Of a DNA stretch of 64,000 nucleotides, positions 10,238 through 20,887 are shown one piece after another. Origin of the DNA: Thermodesulfobacteriota bacterium (GTDB lineage: Bacteria; Desulfobacterota_D; UBA1144; Nemesobacterales; UBA2774); NCBI GenBank assembly GCA_965223335.1, contig OZ244991.1, forward strand, positions 448,001 to 512,000. The letters run 5' to 3'. The notes under the pieces were generated by a model. It made no database searches and was not told the DNA's origin. It worked only from the letters and a program-made list of their open reading frames with translations. How positions within the stretch are numbered: position 1 is the stretch's first letter; every line of letters starts with the position of its first letter. Both the position numbers and the translations under genes were made by a program.

Positions 10238-12013
10238 CTAATTATCGGACGTTGTATTTCGCACTACTTCTTCAATGGTTGTAACACCTTGTTTAAGCTT
10301 GTCGAGTGCACTCTGTCTGAGGGTTTTCATGCCTTGACGTATGGCTTCCCTCTTTATTTCCAGTGCCGATGCACCGCTTAGGACAAATTCTTTTAGTTCT
10401 TCGGTTATTTCCATTACTTCGTATACAGCCATCCTGCCCTTGTACCCGGTACCGGAGCATAACTTACACCCTTCCCCGACACCCTTATACACGATAAAGT
10501 CCGCTACCTCTTTGGGCGATACACCAAGGTCTATCAAAACCTGAGGGGATAGGTCCGTAACCTCTTCCTTACAGTCTGGGCAAACTACCCTCACAAGCCT
10601 CTGTGCGACCACAGAGTTCAGAGACGCAGTAACAAGGAAAGGTTCTACACCCATATTGAGCAGTCGTGTAATCGTCGAAGGGGCGTCATTGGTATGGAGC
10701 GTCGAGAGGACCAAGTGCCCTGTGAGCGCCGCTTTAATCGCTATCTCACCTGTCTCGTAATCCCTGATCTCACCAACGAGGATAATATCGGGGTCCTGCC
10801 TTAGAAACGACCTCAGAGCAGAGGCGAATGAGAGGCCAATCTCCTCGTGTATATGCACCTGGTTCACACCCGGCAGACTGTATTCTACAGGATCTTCTGC
10901 CGTGGAAATGTTTACATCTGCACGGTTAAGATCCATTAGGCTCGAATAAAGTGTTGTAGTTTTACCACTACCAGTCGGTCCTGTTATAAGCACCATACCA
11001 TAGGGCTGGTAAATTGAATTTCTAAATACCTTAAGTTGTTGATCTTCAAAACCCAGTTTGGTCAGATCGAGTTGCAATGATTCTTTATCAAGAACCCTCA
11101 TCACAACCTTTTCGCCAAAAATAGTCGGAACTACAGACACACGATACTCCATGGTCTTGTTCTGGGGCAATTTTACTTTAATTCGCCCGTCTTGCGGCAG
11201 TCTTCGTTCCGCAATGTCTAGGTTAGACATAACCTTAATCCTGGAACAAAGCGCGTTTTTAAGTTTTAGCGGCGGCCTCATTATATCGTAGAGAACACCG
11301 TCAATCCTAAACCTTATTCTAAGATCGGTCTCATAGGGTTCAATATGAATATCACTTGCACCCTTTCTTATAGAGTCCATAAGCACATGGTTGACTAGTT
11401 TGATGACCGGGGCTTCTTCAGACGCCTTTTCCAGATCGTTAATATCTACATCTTCATCGGTAGTGAGCTCAAGACTAAAGTCATCGAGATCACCCATAAG
11501 CTTGTCAACCTCAGCAGAAGTCTGACGGTCTTTTTCAGCGGTCTCCCATTCCTGTTGTGAGCCGTAATATTTCTCTATAGCATTTTTGATTGATCGCTCG
11601 GATGACACTACTACTTCAATGTTGTTACCGGTAGCAAACTTAAGATCATCCACAGCAAATATATTTGAGGGATCGCACATGGCCACCACCAACGTAGAGT
11701 TGGTTTTGTTGATTGGCATGAGCTTGTGCTTGGTTGCGGATTCCCTGGATACTGTCTTTAGAATATCGGGGGAAATATCCATCTGATCCAGGTTGATAGC
11801 CGGCACACCGTATTGTTTGCTCAAATACGCCACTAGCTGATTCTCATCAATGTAGCCAAGATTAAGCAGTGTCTCGCCAAGCCTCTTTCCTGTCTCTTTT
11901 TGTTCCTGTATCGCAGTCTTGAGCTGGTCGAGGTTTATAACATCCTCTTTAATAAGGATATCGCCCATTTTGGCGCTGACTCTTTCCTCTTTCATGTTGT
12001 TTCCTACGCTCAT
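10238..12013 (-). CDS. pilB: Type IV pilus assembly ATPase with N-terminal MshEN-like domain
   Basis: RLGETLL..GYI, ASDIHIEP, LPQDGR, GPTGSGKTTT, LRQDPD, Zn-binding CPDC...CKLC. Confidence 0.96.
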   Translation of the reverse strand: MSVGNNMKEERVSAKMGDILIKEDVINLDQLKTAIQEQKETGKRLGETLLNLGYIDENQLVAYLSKQYGVPAINLDQMDISPDILKTVSRESATKHKLMPINKTNSTLVVAMCDPSNIFAVDDLKFATGNNIEVVVSSERSIKNAIEKYYGSQQEWETAEKDRQTSAEVDKLMGDLDDFSLELTTDEDVDINDLEKASEEAPVIKLVNHVLMDSIRKGASDIHIEPYETDLRIRFRIDGVLYDIMRPPLKLKNALCSRIKVMSNLDIAERRLPQDGRIKVKLPQNKTMEYRVSVVPTIFGEKVVMRVLDKESLQLDLTKLGFEDQQLKVFRNSIYQPYGMVLITGPTGSGKTTTLYSSLMDLNRADVNISTAEDPVEYSLPGVNQVHIHEEIGLSFASALRSFLRQDPDIILVGEIRDYETGEIAIKAALTGHLVLSTLHTNDAPSTITRLLNMGVEPFLVTASLNSVVAQRLVRVVCPDCKEEVTDLSPQVLIDLGVSPKEVADFIVYKGVGEGCKLCSGTGYKGRMAVYEVMEITEELKEFVLSGASALEIKREAIRQGMKTLRQSALDKLKQGVTTIEEVVRNTTSDN

Positions 12014-12243
12014 CTTTTTATCCTAGTGGTCAATATTTGATTTTATAAGTTCCTTTTTTTGATTAAATTCAATATAAATTTAAGAAATAACTTTAAGTTC
12101 TCATCCTCCTAATTTAAACTGCAAGTTAAGTATGTCGCATATCTGGCATGATCATTTGAATTTTTTGACGACACCACATACAATTTAAACATATATCCAC
12201 AATGTAAGTCAATATTATCTCTCAATATGCTATTTTTAATATA

Positions 12244-12260
12244 GGCAATTACGATGCCAA
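12244..12260 (-). promoter_or_regulatory. sigma-54 promoter oriented toward pilB
   Basis: Minus strand TTGGCATCGTAATTGCC = GG-N10-GC, about 230 bp upstream of pilB. Confidence 0.7.
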
Positions 12261-12355
12261 TTAGTCTATCTGTTTCAAAATAACATAAATTACTTCAATA
12301 ACACCGAATTCTAATTAATAAATCCTTAATATCCCCGTTCTCCGCACTGTATGGA

Positions 12356-12390
12356 TGACGATAATTGTTAGAAAACGACTTAATTTGTCA
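12356..12390. promoter_or_regulatory. Putative tandem enhancer-binding-protein sites (PilR?)
   Basis: TGAC-N7-GTTA (12356-12370) and CGAC-N7-GTCA (12376-12390), 20 bp apart, about 100-130 bp upstream of the -24 element. Confidence 0.45.
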
Positions 12391-12562
12391 GTCGAATCTT
12401 ATATGACTCATTATATTTATTTACAGTAACGCTGTAAACTATTCCATCACCCTATACTGAATTATACATTATATCCGTAATATTATAACACCGAGTAAGT
12501 AAAATAGTGTAGTGTAAATATACGAAGCCCAAGTATTTTCACTCAGGTAAAATAAGTTTCTT

Positions 12563-13894
12563 ATGTCATCGGATTGCTACATAATTGTAATCGGCGGGGG
12601 TCTGGCCGGGTCAGAAGCTGCGTACCATGCTGCGGAGTATGGAGTTAGTGTTGTGTTGTACGAGATGAGACCCGCTACAAAAACCGAAGCGCACCGCACA
12701 GCTAATTTGGGCGAGCTCGTATGCAGCAACTCACTTAAATCCGACTCTACAGACAATGCCAGTGGCATCCTAAAACACGAGATGCGGGCCTTGAGGTCCC
12801 TTGTGTTAGAGGCCGCAGACCACAGCAAGGTCCCCGCAGGAAAAGCGCTTGCCGTGGACAGGTCCACATTCTCCCAATACATAACTAATAAGGTAAGGTC
12901 ACACCCGCGGATTCAAGTAATTGAACAAGAGATAACTCAAATCCCCGATGATCCCGGGGTTCCGTTTATCGTGGCGACAGGCCCATTAACATCGGCTGAG
13001 ATGACAGAATCTATTAAAAATCTGACCGGTTCTACGCACCTCTACTTCTATGACTCGATCTCCCCTATAATAGACGGCGATACGATAGACCACGACAAAG
13101 TGTTTACGGCCTCGCGTTACGGACGGGGGGACCAAGACGAGGGTGATTATATCAATTGCCCTCTTAACAAGGACCAGTACACAAAGTTAGTCACAGAGAT
13201 ACTCGATGCCGAGAAGATCGAGATAAGGGACTTTGAAAAAGGGATATACTTCGAGAGCTGTCTACCGATTGAGGTGATGATAGAGCGGGGTGTGGACACG
13301 CTTAGGTTCGGGCCCGCAAAACCCGTGGGGCTCGTAGACCCCGGGACCGGCCAAATGCCCTATGCCGTAATACAGCTTCGCAAAGAGAACCTAGAGGGCA
13401 CAATGTATAACATTGTCGGGTTTCAGACCAAGCTTAAATACCCCGAGCAAAAGAGGGTCTTTCGCATGATCCCGGGACTAGAGAGTGTGGAGATCATGCG
13501 CTACGGCAGTGTGCACAGAAACACATACATCAATTCCCCAAAACACCTGCTTCGCACATTACAGATGAAAAACAGACCGCACATATTTTTTGCCGGTCAA
13601 ATCACCGGAGTAGAGGGCTATGTAGAATCATCGGCCACAGGGATCGTAGCGGGTATAAATGCCGCCAAACTCGTAAAAGGCCACTCATTGTTTACACCCC
13701 CTCGGGATACAGCAGTAGGTGCACTGCTAAAGTACATTACCGATGAGACGATCAAAGACTTTCAGCCTATGAACATCAATTTCGGCCTCTTTCCTCCCCC
13801 CAATAAAAAAACATCCAAATCCAAACGCAGGGAGCTTATAGCCGAAAGAGCATTATCTCAATCCCAGGAATTCGTAAAAGCATTGGAGGGATAG
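12563..13894 (+). CDS. trmFO: Folate/FAD-dependent tRNA m5U54 methyltransferase
   Basis: GGGLAGSEAA, ELVCSNS, ALAVDR, FESCLPIE, GFQTKL, AGQITGVEGY, FQPMNINFG. Confidence 0.96.
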   Translation: MSSDCYIIVIGGGLAGSEAAYHAAEYGVSVVLYEMRPATKTEAHRTANLGELVCSNSLKSDSTDNASGILKHEMRALRSLVLEAADHSKVPAGKALAVDRSTFSQYITNKVRSHPRIQVIEQEITQIPDDPGVPFIVATGPLTSAEMTESIKNLTGSTHLYFYDSISPIIDGDTIDHDKVFTASRYGRGDQDEGDYINCPLNKDQYTKLVTEILDAEKIEIRDFEKGIYFESCLPIEVMIERGVDTLRFGPAKPVGLVDPGTGQMPYAVIQLRKENLEGTMYNIVGFQTKLKYPEQKRVFRMIPGLESVEIMRYGSVHRNTYINSPKHLLRTLQMKNRPHIFFAGQITGVEGYVESSATGIVAGINAAKLVKGHSLFTPPRDTAVGALLKYITDETIKDFQPMNINFGLFPPPNKKTSKSKRRELIAERALSQSQEFVKALEG

Positions 13895-13978
13895 ACCATG
13901 TCTCAAAGAACCTGCATTCCCAAAATATATATATAATGGTATTATGTTCCCTCAATTTTATAGCCAAACGGGCACCCA

Positions 13979-14866
13979 ATGACTTATCAACAGCTAATAC
14001 TTAAACTACAAGAGTTCTGGGCAAAAAAAGGCTGTATAATCATGCAGCCCTACGATATCGAGAAAGGTGCGGGCACGTTCCACCCAGCCACTTTCCTTAG
14101 ATGCCTTGGGCCTGAGCCCTGGCACGTTGCCTACGTAGAGCCGTCCCGCCGGCCGACCGATGGTAGGTACGGAGAGAACCCAAACCGCCTGCAGCACTAC
14201 TATCAGTACCAAGTGATCATCAAACCCTCGCCGGTAGATATACAGGACCTCTATCTGGATAGTCTTCGCTATCTGGGCATAGACCCACTGGGCCACGACA
14301 TCCGGTTTGTGGAAGACGACTGGGAGTCACCGACACTGGGGGCTTGGGGGCTTGGATGGGAGGTGTGGCTTGACGGGATGGAAATCACACAGTTTACCTA
14401 CTTCCAACAGGCGGGGGGCATAGACCTAAAACCCGTCTCGGCCGAGATCACATACGGCACGGAGAGGATAGCAATGTACCTGCAAGGTGTAGAGAGTGTG
14501 TATGACCTGGAATGGACCCAGGGAATCACATACGGTGAGATTCACCTCCGAGATGAATACGAGTTTTCGACCTACAATTTCGAGCTCTCAACACCCGAGA
14601 TGCTGCGAGATACTTTCGAAAAATATGAAGCCGAATGCCAGAAGCTGGTCCGACACAACATGGCGCTTCCGGCATATGACTACTGTTTAAAATGCTCCCA
14701 CACCTTTAACCTGCTTGATGCCAGGGGGGCGATTGGTGTGACAGAGAGAGCAGCTTACATTGCTCGGGTACGCGCACTCGCTAAGCTTTGTGCCGAATCT
14801 TACCTAAACACGAGGGAGGAGTTGGGATTCCCGCTCCTAAAATCTAATCCATGGGAAAAGAGCTAG
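13979..14866 (+). CDS. glyQ: Glycine--tRNA ligase alpha subunit
   Basis: [51 protein letters not shown]. Confidence 0.98.
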   Translation: MTYQQLILKLQEFWAKKGCIIMQPYDIEKGAGTFHPATFLRCLGPEPWHVAYVEPSRRPTDGRYGENPNRLQHYYQYQVIIKPSPVDIQDLYLDSLRYLGIDPLGHDIRFVEDDWESPTLGAWGLGWEVWLDGMEITQFTYFQQAGGIDLKPVSAEITYGTERIAMYLQGVESVYDLEWTQGITYGEIHLRDEYEFSTYNFELSTPEMLRDTFEKYEAECQKLVRHNMALPAYDYCLKCSHTFNLLDARGAIGVTERAAYIARVRALAKLCAESYLNTREELGFPLLKSNPWEKS

Positions 14867-16938
14867 TATTTGAGATAGGGACCGAGGAGATCCCCGCAGG
14901 ATTCCTGAATTACGCAATAGAGGATCTGCACAGTATCACCGAGTCCGTTCTAAACGAAAACCTTTTGGACTTCTCCGACATATCCGCATTCGGTACACCA
15001 AGGAGGCTTGCATTACACGTTACAGAGCTCGCTGAAAAGCAGAGTGACGAGACCCAGGAAATATTCGGCCCTCCCACAAGGATCGCCTTTGATCAAGACG
15101 GCAACCCCACAAAGGCCGCACTCGGTTTTGCAAAATCACAGGGTGTCCCGTGGGACCAGATAAAACGCATTAAGAGGGATAAGGGAGAGTTCTTAGCAGT
15201 AGTGAAAAAGCAAAAAGGACAGAAGACCCAAAAACTACTCCCCGACTTATTAAAAAAAATTACACTTTCTATTCCCTTTAGAAAGTCTATGAAATGGGGG
15301 AGCGGAGACACTCCGTTTGTAAGACCCATTAGATGGCTGCTCGCCACCTACGGGGGCAAAACAGTTAGCTTCTCCATCGAAGAGGTAAGGAGCTCCAACA
15401 AAAGCCGGGGGCACAGGTTCCTCTACCCAAAGCCGTTTAAGACGAGCAGTTGGGAAGACTACGCTCAGGAACTCGTCAAGAGAAACATAATGCTCGATCA
15501 AAACGAGAGAATGCGGTTCATCGAGACTAATATAGAGAAAGAATCCGGTAAATACAGAGGTCACATCGAACGAGACCCCGACCTCCTAGAGACTGTTACC
15601 AACCTGGTCGAGTACCCTGTGGTGCTGAGCGGGGGGTTTGAACCCGAGTTTTTAGAGCTCCCCAAAGAGGTCCTAGTGAGTGTTATGAAAAACCATCAAA
15701 AGTACTTCCCTCTATATAGCAACGACTCTTATGATCAATTGCTTGCCAACTTTGTATTCGTCTCCGGCACCCCTGTCGATGAGAGCTCGATAGTTATAAA
15801 AGGTAACGAGCGTGTTATACGTGCGCGGTTTAGTGACGCTAGGTTTTTCTACCATGAGGACAGGGCACAAAAGTTGGAATCCAAGCTCGAAGAACTAAAG
15901 GGGATGGTGTTCTTATCGGGCTTCGGAACTTACTATGACAAATCCCAGAGGCTAGGTGCCATAGCCGAGCGGCTGGCAGCTGAACTCGGAATGGACCGAG
16001 AATCCAAAGACATAAAAAGAGCGGCATACCTCTGCAAAGCAGACCTCTCTACTCAGATGGTGTTCGAGTTCCCAGAGCTCGAGGGAGTCATGGGCAGATA
16101 CTATGCACTTGCGTCGGGTGAGAATGAGAACATTGCCAATGCAATTTACGAACACTACATGCCTACCGCGCGTGAAGGCGAGCTGCCCGGCTCGGACTCG
16201 GGTGCTGTGGTGAGTTTGGCGGATAAATTCGATAACATCGCCACATGTTTCGCCGCTGGTTTATTACCCACTGGTACACAAGACCCCTATGCGCTTAGAA
16301 GGCAGGCCATAGGTATCATAAACATAGCGCTCGATAAAGAGTACCGACTCAATATTCCGTGGATTGTAAAAACGTGTTTGGACCTCGTATGGCAGAACCA
16401 TAAAGAGAGTGCAAAGGAACCGGTTGATAACATAGCAGCTCAGATAAATGATTTTATTACCGACAGATTTAGGAATCTGATGACCACCCAGGGATATGCA
16501 CAGGATGTGGTAGAGGCCATTTTATCCTGCGACTCTACCGACCTCGTTGATGCCAGAGACAAAATCATAGCCTTAACCAGTTTTAAAGGTGAAGAGGATT
16601 TCGAGCCCCTTGCAGTAGCTTTCAAACGCGTAGTCAATATAGTGAAGAACGAAGAATGCCATAAAACCCAAGAGCAGCTATTTAAAGAGACCATCGAAAA
16701 AGAGCTTTACCAAGCCCTAAAAAATACCCGTGATTCAGTCACACAACTGATCGAAGACAAAAACTATTCAGAATCCCTAACCGCCATGCGCGAGCTAAAA
16801 GAGCCGGTAGATAGGTTCTTTGATAACATATTAGTTATGGACAAAGACCCCCAAATCAAACAAAACCGCCTGGCACTGCTTTGGGAAATCCGAGATGTGT
16901 TCTTTAATATTGCCGACTTCTCAAAACTAAGCACATAG
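14851..16938 (+). CDS. glyS: Glycine--tRNA ligase beta subunit
   Basis: [37 protein letters not shown]; overlaps the glyQ end by 16 nt. Confidence 0.97.
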   Translation: MGKELVFEIGTEEIPAGFLNYAIEDLHSITESVLNENLLDFSDISAFGTPRRLALHVTELAEKQSDETQEIFGPPTRIAFDQDGNPTKAALGFAKSQGVPWDQIKRIKRDKGEFLAVVKKQKGQKTQKLLPDLLKKITLSIPFRKSMKWGSGDTPFVRPIRWLLATYGGKTVSFSIEEVRSSNKSRGHRFLYPKPFKTSSWEDYAQELVKRNIMLDQNERMRFIETNIEKESGKYRGHIERDPDLLETVTNLVEYPVVLSGGFEPEFLELPKEVLVSVMKNHQKYFPLYSNDSYDQLLANFVFVSGTPVDESSIVIKGNERVIRARFSDARFFYHEDRAQKLESKLEELKGMVFLSGFGTYYDKSQRLGAIAERLAAELGMDRESKDIKRAAYLCKADLSTQMVFEFPELEGVMGRYYALASGENENIANAIYEHYMPTAREGELPGSDSGAVVSLADKFDNIATCFAAGLLPTGTQDPYALRRQAIGIINIALDKEYRLNIPWIVKTCLDLVWQNHKESAKEPVDNIAAQINDFITDRFRNLMTTQGYAQDVVEAILSCDSTDLVDARDKIIALTSFKGEEDFEPLAVAFKRVVNIVKNEECHKTQEQLFKETIEKELYQALKNTRDSVTQLIEDKNYSESLTAMRELKEPVDRFFDNILVMDKDPQIKQNRLALLWEIRDVFFNIADFSKLST

Positions 16939-16943
16939 CTGTC

Positions 16944-18500
16944 TTAATTCGCGAAGGCAGTCGACCTTACTTCCCTTATCACGGTTATCTTTACATGCCC
17001 CGGATAGGCAACCTCTTTTTCAATCTTCTGAGCTATCTCGTGTGATAAGAGCGCTCCTTCTTCGTCGTTTACCTTAGAGCTCTCTACTATCACACGGACC
17101 TCGCGGCCGGCCTGAATGGCATAGCATTTCTCAACCCCCCTAAACGAGCTTGCTATGCTCTCAATACCCTCAATTCGCTTAGCATAGGCCTCATAGGTCT
17201 CACGTCTTGCCCCGGGACGTGCAGCGGATATAGCATCCGCAGCCTGCACAAGTATAGCGAGCAACGATTGAGGGCTCGGGTCGTGGGCGAGTGCTACAGC
17301 TTCGATCACCTGCTCAGGCTCACCGTACTTTCGCACCAGCTCCTCGCCGATCTCTACGTGTGAACCCTCCACCTCGTGGTCAACAGCTTTTCCTATATCA
17401 TGGAGCAGTCCTCCGCGTTTGGCCAGCTTTACATCGTAGCCTATCTCTGCAGCTAGTATCCCTGCAATGAACGCTACCTCTATAGAGTGGCTCAGTATGT
17501 TTTGGGAATAGCTGGTACGGTACTTGAGTTTTCCAACTAGTTTAACCAGATCTGGGTGCATACTGGCCACGCCCAGATCAAACAATGCTTCTTCCCCCGC
17601 GGTCTGGATCTCTTTATCGATCTGTGCCTCGACCTCTTCCACTATCTCTTCGATCCTGGCGGGGTGGATTCTGCCGTCGTCAATAAGCTTCTCCATAGAG
17701 ATTCTTGCAACCTCGCGGCGGATTGGGTTTAGTGACGAGACCACAACCGTCTCGGGGGTGTCGTCAATTATAATATCGACACCTGTTCTCGCTTCGAGTG
17801 ACCTGATGTTTCTGCCCTCGCGCCCTATTATGCGCCCCTTCATATCGTCATTGGGAAGGTTAACTACGGAAATTGTTTTTTCGCTTGTGTATTCACCCGC
17901 GTACTTCTGGATTGCAAGTGCGATAATCTCTTTAGCTTTACGCTCAGCCGCATCATGGGTCTGCTCTTCTAGCTGTTTTAGTTTTTTGGCTGCTTCGTGT
18001 CGGGCCTCGTCTTCAATAATATTAACAAGCTCGTTCTTAGCGGCCTCTTGCGTCATCCCTGCGATATCCTCTATCTTCTTTTTAGCTTCCACAACCACTA
18101 CATCGAGCTCTTTTTGCTTCTCGGCTAAAGTCGTTTCCAGAGCATCAATCTCCTTCTCTCTTTTCTCCACCTCTCTTTGCTTCTGTTCGAAAGTCTCGTA
18201 TTTTTTATCGAGAGTCTCCTCTCTTTTGCTTATCTTCTTTTCTATCTTAGAGATCTCTCTTTGTTTCTCACGGTAAGTGTTTTCTATCTCGTTTGTTCTT
18301 TTCTCAACTATCTCTTTAGCCTTTAACTCCCCCTGCATCTTAATCTTATCGGCTTCCTTATTTGCAGAATCAAGAATCACCTCTGCTTTATCTTTGTTTT
18401 CACCAATTTTATTTTTAAGTTGCATATAGTGATAGAGATAATGAACTGCGAATCCCACTACAAAAGCAGCTACTGCCGCTACTACTAACCACAAATTCAT
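16944..18500 (-). CDS. rny: Ribonuclease Y
   Basis: N-terminal TM and coiled coil, KH domain KGRIIGREGRNIR, HD domain LLHDIGKA, ADAISAARPGARRE. Confidence 0.97.
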   Translation of the reverse strand: MNLWLVVAAVAAFVVGFAVHYLYHYMQLKNKIGENKDKAEVILDSANKEADKIKMQGELKAKEIVEKRTNEIENTYREKQREISKIEKKISKREETLDKKYETFEQKQREVEKREKEIDALETTLAEKQKELDVVVVEAKKKIEDIAGMTQEAAKNELVNIIEDEARHEAAKKLKQLEEQTHDAAERKAKEIIALAIQKYAGEYTSEKTISVVNLPNDDMKGRIIGREGRNIRSLEARTGVDIIIDDTPETVVVSSLNPIRREVARISMEKLIDDGRIHPARIEEIVEEVEAQIDKEIQTAGEEALFDLGVASMHPDLVKLVGKLKYRTSYSQNILSHSIEVAFIAGILAAEIGYDVKLAKRGGLLHDIGKAVDHEVEGSHVEIGEELVRKYGEPEQVIEAVALAHDPSPQSLLAILVQAADAISAARPGARRETYEAYAKRIEGIESIASSFRGVEKCYAIQAGREVRVIVESSKVNDEEGALLSHEIAQKIEKEVAYPGHVKITVIREVRSTAFAN

Positions 18501-18519
18501 GATAATGCCCCCCTATAAT

Positions 18520-19080
18520 TTAGCTGCACTCCAGTACTCCTCCCTCAGTGATTATTGTTCCCATCCTAACATCCCATTTATCTACTGGTATATGGTCAAG
18601 CACCTGGAGTGAAAAACAGAGCCCAAAAATCCGCTCCCTGGCCACTCCACTCAGTGCTGTGTCATAGTAACCCTTGCCGTAACCTATACGGGCACCGGTG
18701 CGATCAAAACCTACACCCGGGACTATAAATAGATCGATCTCCCGAGTATCCACCAGTTCACAACTACTGTCGGGCTCGGGGATAGAGTATTTCCCGGGTC
18801 TTAGTTGGACCAGATCATTTACCCTGCGAAACTCAAGGCCCCTCGATGTAACAGATGGATAATAGATATGCTTGCCCATGTCCCGAGCACTTTTGAATAG
18901 AGAAGTGGTACCGACCTCGTTACGCACGGCACTATAGAGTGCTATTGACCTAGCCTCGATAAAACTCGATCTCACCACTAGGTGTTGGGTAATATTCTGG
19001 CTTAGTTGGGAAACATCTTGGGTAGATAAATCTAACCTTTTTTGTAACAGTAAGGACCGTAATTTAGTTTTATACTCTAA
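18520..19080 (-). CDS. 5-formyltetrahydrofolate cyclo-ligase (start uncertain)
   Basis: K.KLR N-terminal helix, NEV, IPEP, DLFIVPGVGFD, RIGYGKGYYD. The homologous part begins near 19080; the ORF-track start at 19293 overlaps zapA. Confidence 0.88.
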   Translation of the reverse strand, partial: LEYKTKLRSLLLQKRLDLSTQDVSQLSQNITQHLVVRSSFIEARSIALYSAVRNEVGTTSLFKSARDMGKHIYYPSVTSRGLEFRRVNDLVQLRPGKYSIPEPDSSCELVDTREIDLFIVPGVGFDRTGARIGYGKGYYDTALSGVARERIFGLCFSLQVLDHIPVDKWDVRMGTIITEGGVLECS

Positions 19081-19135
19081 ACTCTCAACTCCCTCAAATT
19101 CATCTACAGAGAGAACTCGACCACTTACATCCTCA

Positions 19136-19492
19136 TCATCTAAATGTATCTTCCCACTTTTCTTTTCCGATCTCGTCTCTGTTAACGCGCTCTCCGAGTT
19201 GAAAACTATCCGCCTCGTTGAGGGAGGAATCCAATATCTCAACCAATCGTTTTGATCTCTTATCAGCACTGTCTTTATATTCCTCGAAATCACCTATTAA
19301 TCTGAAGTAGTCGTCGGCAATCTTAAACATGGTAAGCAGCAATGAGCTCGGTACGACAACGGGTCCTTCCCTCTTGGATATCTCTTTTACCTTTTCCTCA
19401 ATATATTGAACTATGCGTTCTACATATTGATCATCGGCATCAGTTTTAATGAAATACTCATTATTCATAAAATTAATTTTTACGCGTCTCAT
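19136..19492 (-). CDS. zapA: Cell division protein ZapA
   Basis: VKINFMNNEYFI...YVERIVQYIEEKV...IADDYF pattern; zapB-zapA-5FCL-rny order. Confidence 0.85.
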   Translation of the reverse strand: MRRVKINFMNNEYFIKTDADDQYVERIVQYIEEKVKEISKREGPVVVPSSLLLTMFKIADDYFRLIGDFEEYKDSADKRSKRLVEILDSSLNEADSFQLGERVNRDEIGKEKWEDTFR

Positions 19493-19493
19493 T

Positions 19494-19703
19494 TTACGCC
19501 TCTGACCTGCTCAGATAGATTTCTACCTTCTCTATAACACTCTGAAGCTTCGTTTTAATGTCTTCGCGTTCTTTTTCAAGATTCTTCACACTGTCGCGAA
19601 GCTTCTGTACTTCATCCAAAAGGTTCTTATGCTCAGACTCGAGCTTGGTCTTTCTGGATAATGCTTCTTTGATTTTTCCTTCAAGAATATCCATTGTTTC
19701 CAT
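19494..19703 (-). CDS. ZapB-like coiled-coil protein
   Basis: 69-aa coiled coil (LEGKIKEAL...EREDIKTKL) directly upstream of zapA. Confidence 0.75.
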   Translation of the reverse strand: METMDILEGKIKEALSRKTKLESEHKNLLDEVQKLRDSVKNLEKEREDIKTKLQSVIEKVEIYLSRSEA

Positions 19704-19771
19704 TGTCTTAATAAGACAAGTTTAATCTTATCTTGAATTTTTTGCAAGTTATGTGAACATAATAATTCAAA

Positions 19772-20842
19772 ATGGCAGATACCAGTATGTTAAGACGGCT
19801 TGACGAAGTCGAGAAAAAATATCAGGATATCGAAAAACTACTGAGTAACCCCGATATCACACCCGGCGATATTCATAAGTACTCCAAGGAGCGATCCGAC
19901 CTTGACGAGATAGTGGAAACGTACCGAGAATACAAAAAAATTTCGCAGGACATCGAGAACAATAAATCGCTATTAAGCGACAAGGAGCTCGGGGACCTGG
20001 CTAAAGAAGAGCTTGAGCAGCTAGGCGGTAAACTCGAGGAGATCGAGGGGAAACTAAGGCTACTCCTCTTACCCAAGGATCCAAATGACGCTAAAAACGT
20101 ATTTATCGAAGTTAGGGCCGGTACTGGAGGAGATGAAGCAGCACTCTTTGCAGCAGACCTCTTTAGGATGTACACGCGTTTTGCGGAGCGCAAACGGTGG
20201 AAAGTAGAGATTATAAATATAAACGAGACCGGAATCGGGGGGCTTAAAGAGGTAATCGCCGCCATTGAGGGAAAAAACGTATACAGCAATCTAAAATACG
20301 AGAGCGGGGTGCATAGGGTACAGAGAATCCCATCGACAGAGACCGGTGGGCGAATACACACATCTACCGCAACCGTGGCCATATTGGCCGAACCCGACGA
20401 CGTTGAGATCACAATCGACGAAAAAGACCTTAAAATCGATACATACAGGGCATCGGGCCCGGGTGGTCAGCACGTTAACAAGACCGACTCTGCAATAAGG
20501 ATCACTCACCTGCCCACAAACATCGTGGTCCAATGCCAAGACGAAAGGTCACAGCACAAAAACAGGGCACATGCCATGAGGATGCTACGTGTAAAGCTAT
20601 ACGAGATCGAGGAAGAAAAGCAGGAGAGCGAGATCGCCAGCGCCCGCAAGAGCCAGGTCGGAAGCGGTGAGCGCAGCGAAAAGATCAGGACCTATAACTT
20701 TCCGCAGGGCAGAATCACCGACCACCGCATCGGGCTTACCGTACACAAGATCGACGCATTCCTAGACGGCGAACTCGACGATATGATAGAAGCACTTAGA
20801 ACCTACTACCAAGCCGAAAGCCTTAAGAACCTATCTAATTAA
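19772..20842 (+). CDS. prfA: Peptide chain release factor 1
   Basis: [22 protein letters not shown] (PxT), GGQHVN, RTYNFPQ. Confidence 0.97.
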   Translation: MADTSMLRRLDEVEKKYQDIEKLLSNPDITPGDIHKYSKERSDLDEIVETYREYKKISQDIENNKSLLSDKELGDLAKEELEQLGGKLEEIEGKLRLLLLPKDPNDAKNVFIEVRAGTGGDEAALFAADLFRMYTRFAERKRWKVEIININETGIGGLKEVIAAIEGKNVYSNLKYESGVHRVQRIPSTETGGRIHTSTATVAILAEPDDVEITIDEKDLKIDTYRASGPGGQHVNKTDSAIRITHLPTNIVVQCQDERSQHKNRAHAMRMLRVKLYEIEEEKQESEIASARKSQVGSGERSEKIRTYNFPQGRITDHRIGLTVHKIDAFLDGELDDMIEALRTYYQAESLKNLSN

Positions 20843-20887
20843 GCTTTTATTTTGATTTTAATACCGAACACACATAATATATAGGCT

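Noticed and set aside
12141..12160. TGGCATGATCATTTG plus-strand sigma-54-like site
   Set aside because: No GC at the -12 position.
17524..18276. 250-aa plus-strand ORF
   Set aside because: Ser/Ile-rich antisense shadow of rny.
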